Positions 54,570-64,000 of a stretch of 64,000 bases of DNA are shown in pieces (position 1 is the stretch's first letter; each line of letters opens with the position of its first letter). Position numbers and translations under genes: made by a program. Source of the stretch: Methanotrichaceae archaeon (GTDB lineage: Archaea; Halobacteriota; Methanosarcinia; Methanotrichales; Methanotrichaceae); NCBI GenBank assembly GCA_963803145.1, contig CAWDLW010000013.1, positions 20,721-84,720 of the forward strand, written 5' to 3'. The notes below the pieces were generated by a model. It worked only from the letters and a program-made list of their open reading frames with translations. It was not told the origin of the DNA and made no database searches.

Positions 54570-54859
54570 ACAGAGCCGAACGATCAGTTTGATCGTACCT
54601 TATCGTTCCAGGCGCCTGTGAATTCGAAAAGATAATTATGAGTTAAAAATATAAAATAATTTCGGCAGTCTATATAATTATCGGCTATATCAAAAGCATC
54701 GATATCAAGAGCATTGAACAAGGGAAACTGTTACTCGTGAGGTATTTTTAGTGATAACACTTAAACGACCTAAAAGTTTCTAGCCCTAGCAGACATCGCA
54801 TGGTGCTGTTTATAGTACTGCTATCGTCCTTTGCTCAGCTTATTGCTACTCGCCAAAGA

Positions 54860-55723
54860 TCATTTACGTCGCGCTAGAATGGCTCCGCATTTAACATCTC
54901 TCGGATGCAGTTTGCCAAATTTCAAACCATCTTCAATAGTTCTTCTTACCTTCGCATAACTTAGACCCGTGGCTCTCCCGGCTGCTTCCAGCTCCCTGAA
55001 GACTTCATTCTCCGAAATGTGCCCATCAGAGATAAACCCGCCAAAGGTAAATGCCGTTTTCAACAGCGAATTTGTTCTGCTGCCAATCGTTGCTCTCCTG
55101 ACGGTATTGCATTCATTCTGCAAAACTACTTTGCCATATGGGCAGTCATGAAGTTCTCCAAAGGAGTAATCCACGTCCTTTTCCGGCTCAAAATCCCCTT
55201 GTTCCTTTTTCCCATATAGATCATACATTATTTGTATAATAATTGTACTTTCATCAATCCAGTACACTTCGTCATTGATATTATTGCCAGTATACGTCAC
55301 AAAGTTGCCTGGTGTTAATACTTCTATGCTCTTTCCTTCGATGTAGAATGTATTTTTAGAATATCCGCTTAGATTGGCCTTAACTATGATATGTAATCCT
55401 TCGCATGAAGCTGATTTCTCAGTATAGCTTCGGAATTTGTAGACCTGGTGGTTTGCTGTAGAATTTAAATTATCAGCTTCATCATAGCATTTATCTAAGT
55501 TGATAACCGCATATCCTTTAGGGATCACAAATCCAACACCATCTAATCCTGGCAGGGATTCAGCCAGATCTACAGCTTCATTATAAGTCATCAGTATGGA
55601 TCTTTTGGACCATACAGCGTAACGAATACCGTTTAAACTAGGCGTCTCAACAATACGATCTTCTTCAAAGACCTTCGTGTAAGGTAACCATATCCCCATT
55701 CTCTTGAAATCATCGATATCCAT
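54860..55723 (-). CDS. Degenerate prim-pol-like protein of plasmid/virus type with PriCT-like C-terminus
   Basis: GVGFV, INLDKC, YTEKSASCEGLHII, IE......FVTYTG; C-terminal GSRTNSL...AF..GG...LE.AG...GL. Confidence 0.65.
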   Translation of the reverse strand: MDIDDFKRMGIWLPYTKVFEEDRIVETPSLNGIRYAVWSKRSILMTYNEAVDLAESLPGLDGVGFVIPKGYAVINLDKCYDEADNLNSTANHQVYKFRSYTEKSASCEGLHIIVKANLSGYSKNTFYIEGKSIEVLTPGNFVTYTGNNINDEVYWIDESTIIIQIMYDLYGKKEQGDFEPEKDVDYSFGELHDCPYGKVVLQNECNTVRRATIGSRTNSLLKTAFTFGGFISDGHISENEVFRELEAAGRATGLSYAKVRRTIEDGLKFGKLHPRDVKCGAILARRK

Positions 55724-56194
55724 TTTAACCGCCTATTTTCATAATAATAGCTAAATCATCTTCATGACATTCTACTCCTCTATCAAATATCAAACAAGTT
55801 TTCAATTTATAAACGTAATCCTTTTTGTAGATTTAATTTTCCTAATAAGGACAATAAATTAATTGTAGTTATCCGAAAAAGGCTAATATACGCGATATAT
55901 GAGATAAGAGGTCGATTAAATGACGGTGGCACATCTATGGAGCAGAGCAGCGGGTATTCAAGGTGCCGCCACATAAAAACGCATCCAAGTTAATTGATTA
56001 AATCTTAAATTGGATCACACGCGCTTATCCTCGCCGCAATCGTAACGAAAATTTTTGCAGTATCTATTAACAACCGCCCTCTGGTACCAGGCACCTTTAT
56101 TGCGGTTAACTTTGCCACAGCTCCAGTGGGACTTTGAGGGGATAGCAAAGGATTTATTTTGCTTAAAATATTCTGGAAAATGATACAAAAATTT

Positions 56195-56821
56195 TTATTG
56201 GAGATGTAGGTCCCCTTTTCCATCCGCAATATGCTTGACATCCGATGACTCAGAATCTGAGAAGCCCCAGATTATTGGCACCACTTGTCCAGATGTGAAA
56301 ATCTTGTTGTATTTATCACCTGCATTCATTCTTCTTTTGAACTCGATGATTGTGGAACCGTTCTCCTGTTTCCCGCCCGATTCCAGTATACTATTTGTCC
56401 CTCCAAGCTGCGTAATCGGAATGTGCGGCCCGTAATTGCCTGTGGAGTACTGGTCCTGGACAGTGACTGATCCATCACTTACATTGCCCATTACTATTTC
56501 TGCATCTTTCATCCAATCTGAAGGCTCAAAGCCCACTGCGATCCAGCCAGTTGTATTAGCCCTCATGGCCATGTATAGATACTCCGCATCGTTCTTCCAG
56601 TAAATCTCGAAAGTTCGGCCCATGCCGCCTACCTCGGACATGACCTGGCTCCGTGAATACTCGCCGTTTCCGATGACACCGTCTGGCTTCCAGGGTTGAG
56701 AGATCGTATGTTCAGTAAAATTGGTTGATGACGTCTTGGGCTGTATACAGCCTGAAATAAGAATAATGCCAGCAAGGATAAAAATCATCAACCTTATTCT
56801 TGGATTGGATGTACCCTTCAT
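56195..56821 (-). CDS. DOMON-domain lipoprotein
   Basis: Lipobox-like LISGC; GWIAVGF...M.DA..VMG, DQYSTG.YGPH, TIIEF.R, H at the C-terminus. Confidence 0.8.
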   Translation of the reverse strand: MKGTSNPRIRLMIFILAGIILISGCIQPKTSSTNFTEHTISQPWKPDGVIGNGEYSRSQVMSEVGGMGRTFEIYWKNDAEYLYMAMRANTTGWIAVGFEPSDWMKDAEIVMGNVSDGSVTVQDQYSTGNYGPHIPITQLGGTNSILESGGKQENGSTIIEFKRRMNAGDKYNKIFTSGQVVPIIWGFSDSESSDVKHIADGKGDLHLQ

Positions 56822-57928
56822 ATTAGACCCCGGACGATCTGAACTGATTTTAGTATTGATTTCTGTCCTGATCAACTTATCGGATAAGATGGGCAGTATC
56901 CTTCACGCAAGGCATAAGAAGATAAAATCGGTTCTTCGTTATAGAGAAAGGCAGAAGGCTACCGCTTTATAGATTGAAAATCGGAAAGGATCGGCTCGAA
57001 TACTTCACTTAAGAAGATACAATTTACATAAAATCGATGTTTCCAAGATCCACCGGTTCCGACCAAAAGTAAGTTTATACATGATTAGAGATAGAATGAG
57101 GTTTCAATAGGGCAACCGAAGTTACAAGAGAAATCCAGATCAAAGAGGAAAATATGCCGGTGGTGAATATCTGAAATTCTTTTATAAGAATTAAATTATC
57201 AATTAAACTAAATATGTCCGGCGAAACCGCCGGAGGACATCGATTCGTATTATGAATCTTATCAGTTAAATCCTAGTTCTGCTGCTTGATAATTTCTTTT
57301 TTGGTCTCTTTGACTCATTCTTTCTTAAAATCTTGTAACCTTTGCGGCCGTATTGTCTCAAATTATCACCTGCCCGATCATACAGTCATGGGTACTGTAG
57401 AACTACGATGTAGATAAACTATGTGCTCTGAGCAATTATATATAATGCCCAAAGCGAACCATAATAGATTAGATACAGGCGCAATTAGAACTCTAAAGAA
57501 ACCGAGCTTTTCGTCGTACTTTATATCATTACATGGCGATTTATATACGATTGGTATTAGTCATATGTTAAAGGTTCGAAGTGCTAAAAAGGGAAGAAAT
57601 TGATTTATATAAATGAGCTTTGCGGCGATGAATTGAGAGAATTTGACATGATATAGACCGAAACCGATATTTTGGAACGAAAATCGATGCCCGCTACCGG
57701 AAATACACTGAAAATATACTAAGGCATTGAAATTAATATCATAGCGCCTTTATCAAATTATTTGGATTATATAAAGGGGTAAATCGGTACGTGAAATTAG
57801 CACAAAAAAAATAATTATTGTACTCTAAGGATAAAAGAATATTTAAATGTGGACAAATAGTACAATTCTCTATGCTGCTCCTTCAAGGGGCATGGGAGCT
57901 GTGCAAGATATCACCTCTTCGGTAAGTT

Positions 57929-58844
57929 CTATTGCCTTGCTTGCCACTCCGCAAACCGAGAATCTAAACGCTGCAACTCATATAATCTATTTAGCTCGCT
58001 TCTCGATTTTTCATAGATTACGTTAATAACCTCAAATGGTCTGTAGCCACTATCTACAATTCCTTGCGATCGGATCTGATATCGATAATACCTCAGTGAG
58101 ACTGGATATTTACCGCCCCATTCTATGTACTCAGTAAGATCATCCATCACAACCTTTTTGTCGTTCTCGAATGTCAAAGTCATCGCTCTGGCTTCGAGCA
58201 AATCACGGAGATTATGAGTTTTTAGTTTCATAGGCTGCCCATTACCCTTCGTTGGAACGCGTATTTCCTCAAAATCATCAACATTAAGAATGCTAGGATC
58301 ATCTAACCATGTTTGACAGATAATTATGCCTTTGAAGAGATTCTCTATGGAACATCCGGCTAGAAGCATATATACAGAAAACATCTCCATATCAAGTATT
58401 ATCTGAGTATCAAGTTCCATTGCATTGGTCATCGGTTAAGGGATTTGCGTAAATATACAACACGATGAATTTTGCAATTTGAGATTCATAGTAGTAGGGG
58501 TGTTTTGAGGAAACCGATTCCATTCGACTCAGCTCCCACATCGAGAACCAAGGTTGAGATTAAGTCTGTAAACCCAATTCTACCAGCTGCGTCCTTAACC
58601 GAAGACCAATGAGTTCCATTGGGATACTGAGCCCACCTTTACTTGCCGCCATATCGGACAAAGAATTATGGCATCTTTGTGCAATTTGTTGATCAGCAAG
58701 AATTTTATCAGCCGCTCTTTTCAACATTTGAGCGGTTACTAACCACTGTATTCCACGCACCATGTAAATTCGGTATTGGCGCTTCATTAGCTCCTCCATT
58801 TTCATTACAACTCTCTCCAACAATACGCTATACCAACAATCCAT
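57929..58844 (-). pseudogene. Disrupted HEPN-like gene (in-frame TAA at 58560-58562 and a frameshift near 58420)
   Basis: Frame stays open past the TAA (SQPWFSMWEL...NPLTDDQC) up to the start of ORF 57929..58432, which has LAGCSIENLFKG and KTHNL. Confidence 0.5.
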
Positions 58845-58975
58845 AATAAGTAAATTGCTTGAACCTTCGCCACGCTAATCATAAGCCAGAATGCGAATAT
58901 TTCGCCGATTATATAAAATAAATGATAGCTGCATTATGCATGTTTATACCTAATACCGTGCAAAAGTCTTGAAGT

Positions 58976-59092
58976 ATGGCTTACAAGAAGGGTAAGTTTA
59001 CCATCCGAGCGGAGGGTGTTTTAGGTATAAAAGATGGTGATTTTATCCAAATCAAAGTATCAAAAATCCGGTCTGAGTCCATAAATTTCTAA
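58976..59092 (+). pseudogene. AbrB/MazE-like DNA-binding protein remnant
   Basis: MAYKKGKFTIRAEGVLGIKDGDFIQIKVSK; G+.TI and LGIK.GD motifs with shortened spacing; upstream in-frame TGA. Confidence 0.5.
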
Positions 59093-60341
59093 GACAGTTT
59101 ACTGATTATTTTTTAACTAATATATTTAAATTTTCAAAATCAGGTTTTTTACACATCCTGGTTTCGAATCGCTATCAGTCGACGGATTAAGATTCGTGCA
59201 TTATTATGAATATGCTTTCTGTGCTCTAATGTAATGGGTGTTAGAGTATAGACCCCCACCCTTTCTTATACTTTATGGAACGAAGTTGTTAACAAAAGAT
59301 TATTCGTCTACCATATATATAAGCGCATTGAATAATGATACCTTTGAATGGATGGTCGGGTGATATTGGTATGTACATATTTATGGAGTGATGGATATGC
59401 TATGGCATTTTCCAGTCGGCCATGATTTGAATATGATTTAAGATATTTTATTTTCTGATATAGCTATATCCGTATAAAGCAACATGAATAATTATAATTT
59501 TTATATAGAGCGGTTAGCCTCGAATTCTCAATATTTTTAGACATTGTTTTTATAAAATTGAACGAATATCTTGAAATCGTTATCGACATGACTATCAGTT
59601 AATGGCCCGATTATCCGGCTTTTTCGTTTCCTATGTATACCCCTCCCCTTATCCATGTCTTTCTTGGAATTCCCGAACTTTAAGCGTAACAGCTACATCC
59701 CAATCGCTATGATGAAACCGCTTGATCCAATTCTGGCTGTTGGAAGAAATCGCTATCAAAAGCCACAAATCCGGAGTTGGGACAAATCGCCTGGAACCCG
59801 AGCACGTGTCTAATGCTGAATAAATATCATGGCAAAAGGATTTAAAGATGGCTGTATAAGCGGATGCTATGTCGAGTATTGGAGTACTTCAGCGCATTCC
59901 AGCCGAAGAATTAACTCTTGAAATCATGAAGAAAAAAGAAAAGTATGCATTACATGTCGATTATAACATGTTACCATCATCAGGAAAAATTATCTACGTA
60001 GGGATATCAAATAGATATGCCTCTAATGAAGAAACTAAAATACATGGAATAAGGATTGAAGGCCAAAACGGAATGATAGGAAGAGCATTGAGAGGATTGA
60101 TATCAGCCATTAAAACCATAGGATCAAAGATAAAAAGTGCAGAATCAGCAATGATGCAAGCCATAGAAGAACAAAGGAAAATGGGTAATATAGTTGTGCC
60201 AGGATTAAGTGACCCATTCAGCAGAGAAGATTTGCGAAAGTATGGATTGGAAATACTCTTACCGGAATATGGTTTGGGCGTCAGGATGTCACGATTTCCA
60301 AATCAGGACATCGTTTTCATTATAAAGGGAATAGAGAAAGA

Positions 60342-61513
60342 GGTAGTCTACCTTAGATAAGTTGTTATATTATCAACTGCAATCATATAATTGGAGGAAT
60401 ACAATGATGAATGAACAATTGGTTCCTCCAAGCACGTTTTGCTGGAACCAAGAGTGTATCGACTATTGCAAAGTAAAAAATGAAAACATCATAAAATTTG
60501 GCCGAACCGCCAAAGGAACACAACGCTATCGATGCAAGACCTGTGGGAAGACATTCGTTGAAAACATAGGTACAGTATTCTATGGTCGCCATCATAGCCA
60601 GGATACAATTCTAAAATGCTTAGCCTTGCTGGCCGAACGCAATAGTCTGGCATCCATCCATCGGGTTATGGGGATTAAAGAAGAAACAGTTATGGATTGG
60701 CTTCACGAAGCAGCTAGCCACGTTGAAGAGCTAGAGGCTCTAATGCTTGCAAACTATAAACTGACTCGTGTTCAACTGGATGCTATGTGGTCATACGTAG
60801 GAAATAAAGGCGAAAAGGGGGCTATCCAGAAGAGAACGATCGTGGTAGCTTCTGGCGCGGTACAACGATAGATATGGATACTCGCCTTAGAGTTGGGCGA
60901 TCAATCAGGAAGAGTGAAAGCGAAGTCTCTATGGAATTGATGGCCCAGTTGAAGGCTCGTGGTAATCCGGATAAACCTCCTGCTATCGCTACTGATGGCT
61001 ATGATAGTTATCCGGAGGCCATGCTCGAGACTTGGGGGAAAGTACCTGAATACTCTGGTAGAGGAAGACCGCCTACTCGAAAGAAGTCTGAGCCTGATTG
61101 GAAATGCATTCAGATAATCAAAACACGATCTGGAGGGCATCTTGTTAGTATCCACTACAAAGTTGTCTTTGGTGATACGAAAGGGGTCTGTGATCTAATG
61201 GGCACCCATACTGCCTATATCGAGAGGACTCATCTAACATCCAGACAGATGAATGGGCGATTTGTTAGAAAGACCATTTCTTTCTCTAAAGAGATCGAGA
61301 TGCATAGGGTTTCTTGTGCCTGGGAAGATTGGGTTTATAATTTGGCCAGGCCTAACAAGTCGTTACGAATCGATTCAGCAAAATCACAGCAACGCTGGAC
61401 GCAAAGATCTCCAGCTATGGCTGCAGGTTTGACTGATCATATTTGGACTATAAAAGAAATCCTTATGAATGTCGTGGTTCCTGACGGGAGCAACATGAAA
61501 TAGGTAGACTACC
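60342..61513 (+). mobile_element. IS1-family insertion sequence
   Basis: 12-bp TIR GGTAGTCTACCT / AGGTAGACTACC; 8-bp TSD GAGAAAGA at 60334-60341 and 61514-61521. Confidence 0.92.
60404..61503 (+). CDS. IS1-family transposase (InsA/InsB-like, -1 frameshift at about 60814-60820)
   Basis: Zn ribbon C.N.EC...QRYRCKTCGKTF, HTH, DDE residues in LDAMW, TDG and IER; slippery A-AAG-GGG. Confidence 0.88.
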
Positions 61514-61749
61514 GAGAAAGAAGATACTGCGAAAGAACCACCATTTAAGATAGATATGGAAAATGGAGACTTCGTATCAGTGAGCAAAGAGAACCTTCAG
61601 CCACTTATAGATGAGTTACAGCTTATCTCACAATTACCTACTTAGCCAATTTCAAGTTCATATATATACGAGAAAGGCAAGAGGAGGAAAAATTTTGAAT
61701 TTTAGTTTTTTTTCTGCCTCAAGAACGAGATCAAAGGGTGCAGGAAATT

Positions 61750-62553
61750 ATGCTAAGAGATTATACATTTAAATTATATGTTCTTATAATATTAATTACG
61801 ATTACTGCTAATGGAGCTTACCTAGTTAGCACTAATGGAGATATTTTAACCCCTAGTATATCTATGGATAATAATGGTCAATTTTTGGTCTTATATAAGG
61901 ATTTAAATAATAGCACTTTTAAGGGCGAGCCGTCTTATATTGCTGAAGTACAAGCAAGTAGTAACCGCGTTAATACTAATGATAATTTTTCAATGGATAT
62001 ATTCTTTTCCGGCGCAGGAGATGTGGATTTCGCCAAAATGAGAGTTAATATTCCTAAATATATCGTTAAAGATGAGTATATAAAATTGGATGGAATATCT
62101 TTTAATTTTACTCCGGCTGAATCAGGCAGAATAAACCTTAGCATATTTAAAACTACTACAAATCTTGAACCGGCATTTGATTTAGATATACCTGATATTT
62201 ATTTTAATTTGAGGGATATTAAAGGTTTTCAAAATTGGGGTGAAACGGCGGTAGACTTTGACGAAGCTGCATTAAGAGGAGCGAATAATCCACCCTACAA
62301 AATAAGCTTTAAGATTGCTCCAAATGCGCCAAGTGGAGATCATAATATATACCTAAAATTGTTTTATAAGTCAAATGGAAGGTGGTATTCAGATACACAA
62401 CAAGTGCCTGTGCATATAAATAGTTGGTACGAAAATGAAAACTGGCAGTATGTAATTATCTTCTCCCTAGTTATTTCAATAATGTTACAATTAATCTCAG
62501 CTATTCCAATTATAAAAAAGATGCTGGAAAAGTCGATGGGAAAGGAAAAATAG
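61750..62553 (+). CDS. Secreted, C-terminally membrane-anchored hypothetical protein
   Basis: N-terminal signal helix, beta-rich body (APSGDH.I), C-terminal TM plus Lys tail; AT-rich. Confidence 0.7.
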   Translation: MLRDYTFKLYVLIILITITANGAYLVSTNGDILTPSISMDNNGQFLVLYKDLNNSTFKGEPSYIAEVQASSNRVNTNDNFSMDIFFSGAGDVDFAKMRVNIPKYIVKDEYIKLDGISFNFTPAESGRINLSIFKTTTNLEPAFDLDIPDIYFNLRDIKGFQNWGETAVDFDEAALRGANNPPYKISFKIAPNAPSGDHNIYLKLFYKSNGRWYSDTQQVPVHINSWYENENWQYVIIFSLVISIMLQLISAIPIIKKMLEKSMGKEK

Positions 62554-62664
62554 ATAATAAGGCAGATGAATCTGGCACATATAATAAGAAGCATCAATAG
62601 CCAACGCATTTGATAATATGATACGCCTTACCCTCCTTTATCTGTGGTCTTGGTGCAGCATAAC

Positions 62665-62698
62665 CGACCCCATAAAATGCCCTATAATCGAAGATCTC
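62665..62698. repeat. Direct repeat copy 1 (dif-like site)
   Basis: CGACCCCATAA-AATGCC-CTATAATCGAA-GATCTC. Confidence 0.8.
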
Positions 62699-62706
62699 GC
62701 CCCACC

Positions 62707-63177
62707 CTATCCGTTCTCAGAAATTTGACTTAGCTTTGAAATGGTTTCTATGCTTAAGAGTCTAAATTTCATAACAGTATTGTAGGTGTCTTTTTCTAAT
62801 CTATCTTTATCAAGTGGTCTCATTTGGCTAATTAAATCTACGACTTTTGTAGGAATCTCTTCATCTATTGGACTCTCTAAGTTATGGGCATAATGATTTC
62901 TTATCTTATTTATTTTATTTATGTTATTTTTTAAATTTATATTCTCATCAAATATGCCAAAGGCATCCAAAAGGGTACATTTCCGATAAAACGGAAGACG
63001 GTCTATTATTCGTTCTGGATGTTTTAACTTTGAAGAGATGATATTATTCATGTAGGACTCTAAATATAAATGCATAATAATTGACAGAAGTCTAATATCA
63101 TTAATATTTGCATCATTGACAAAGGCGGTAATAGATTTATTTACTTCCTTTAGAAGTTCTTCTTTGCTCTTTTCCAT
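62707..63177 (-). CDS. MtlR/HEPN-like protein
   Basis: HLYLE, F..K..L..AFG, INKIRNHYAH (Rx4H). Confidence 0.65.
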   Translation of the reverse strand: MEKSKEELLKEVNKSITAFVNDANINDIRLLSIIMHLYLESYMNNIISSKLKHPERIIDRLPFYRKCTLLDAFGIFDENINLKNNINKINKIRNHYAHNLESPIDEEIPTKVVDLISQMRPLDKDRLEKDTYNTVMKFRLLSIETISKLSQISENG

Positions 63178-63257
63178 AAATTGGAAATTTCCTATTAGGT
63201 TATATTAGAAACTTATGGCTATGCCTGTTTACAGGGCTATGATATATTGCACTTAGT

Positions 63258-63291
63258 CGACCTCATAAAATGCCCCATAATCGAGGATCTC
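63258..63291. repeat. Direct repeat copy 2 (dif-like site)
   Basis: CGACCTCATAA-AATGCC-CCATAATCGAG-GATCTC; 31/34 identical to copy 1. Confidence 0.8.
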
Positions 63292-63372
63292 TGGCCAGGA
63301 TAAGGTATAACTTGCACCTTCACCGGCTAAACTTTATGCGCTAAGGAAAAGCCTTTAAGTATAGCTAAGGAA

Positions 63373-64000
63373 ATGAGTTGGGAAGGGGAAATATCTATGA
63401 TAGATTTACTCGGTGGAATTCCCTTAATAGAATCAATCCTCAATTTTATAACAGAATTGCATACTTTGGCGGGATTAGTCCTTTATGTTCCAAGTTTCTA
63501 TGTTTTGGGCATATTTTCAACTGTGGATTATCTAACGTTGGCCACGTTCACTTTAGCAATTGCTACATTTCTATTAGTATGGGAAAATCATCGTTTATCG
63601 AAGGATTCAAGAAAAAATATCGAAATTTCAAAAAATAACTTATTAGAACAGCATTTAATAAAAGAAATGGAGAACATAATTAAACCATTATATGAGAAAA
63701 AGGATGAATTTGATTCGCTTGAAAGATTATATCTAACAATTGCAGGTGATAGCCCATATAAGGTGTGGGACAAAGTTGAAATTAATAAATATTTAGCTAC
63801 TAAGGATATTAGACATGATGTAGAGTTATATTTGAAAACTATTAAAGAAATGCGAAAAAAATTCGGAGCAACCTCTGATAATATAAGTAAAAGTCTTGAA
63901 AAGGAAAAAAATGATCTCCCTGAATATATAGAGAAGAATAAACATCGCGACTCCTTCTGTTTGGAATTCCGAGGCTATATAGGAATATCATCTAATCTTA
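63373..64000 (+). CDS. Membrane-anchored hypothetical protein (3' truncated by window edge; missed by the ORF track)
   Basis: Frame is open from ATG 63373 to the window end: MSWEGEISMIDLLGG...LATFTLAIATFLLVWENHRL... Confidence 0.7.
   Translation, partial: MSWEGEISMIDLLGGIPLIESILNFITELHTLAGLVLYVPSFYVLGIFSTVDYLTLATFTLAIATFLLVWENHRLSKDSRKNIEISKNNLLEQHLIKEMENIIKPLYEKKDEFDSLERLYLTIAGDSPYKVWDKVEINKYLATKDIRHDVELYLKTIKEMRKKFGATSDNISKSLEKEKNDLPEYIEKNKHRDSFCLEFRGYIGISSNL

Larger units (their letters stand above)
59869..61645 (+). pseudogene. Hypothetical gene interrupted by the IS1-family element
   Basis: Joining 59869-60341 to 61522-61645 gives an open 198-aa frame. Confidence 0.8.

Noticed and set aside
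56005-56241. 78-aa minus-strand ORF after the DOMON gene
   Set aside because: Overlaps the DOMON 3' end, no motif; could be a fragment but is unsupported
58560-58562. Pyrrolysine or selenocysteine read-through of the internal stop
   Set aside because: The stop is TAA, not TAG or TGA, and a frameshift is also needed
59155-59175. GGTTTCGAATC as a tRNA T-arm or att remnant
   Set aside because: No T-stem or acceptor-stem pairing around it
62665-63291. The 34-bp direct repeats as a CRISPR array
   Set aside because: Only two copies, separated by about 560 bp containing a gene; no cas genes
63317-63344. TTATGCGCTAA as a further XerC-like arm
   Set aside because: No matching partner arm at 6-bp spacing
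63378-63638. 86-aa ORF from the track
   Set aside because: An overlapping frame from 63373 is longer, open to the window end and more protein-like

Overview
Archaeal chromosomal window, most consistent with a Methanosarcinia/Methanothrix-like methanogen. The indicators are archaeal RFC small subunit, Dph6, an AksA-type homocitrate synthase, archaeal GlmU and RNase Z; the taxon is inferred, not proven. About 1-25.4 kb is a large surface-glycan cluster: glmS/glmU, seven glycosyltransferases plus one GT-B-like protein, an AsnB-type amidotransferase, two methyltransferases, Wzm/Wzt plus a separate wzm 3' remnant, a UDP-HexNAc dehydrogenase and epimerase, gmd/fcl and a flippase. About 25.5-54.6 kb is mixed housekeeping and accessory genes: homocitrate synthase, Dph6 coupled to a glutaminase, acyl-CoA synthetase, aldehyde dehydrogenase, an IS200 element, rubrerythrin, a HerA-like ATPase, a 1754-aa hybrid histidine kinase, rfcS, ileS and rnz. 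About 54.8-64 kb is an AT-rich, decaying island. It holds a degenerate prim-pol, HEPN-like genes and pseudogenes, an AbrB remnant, and a complete IS1-family element (TIRs, 8-bp TSD, slippery site) that splits a gene. It also holds a HEPN-like gene flanked by two direct-repeat, dif-like (11-6-11) sites, which is a candidate recombinase gene cassette. No CRISPR array, tRNA or rRNA was recognised. All family calls come from motif recognition by eye, not database searches.
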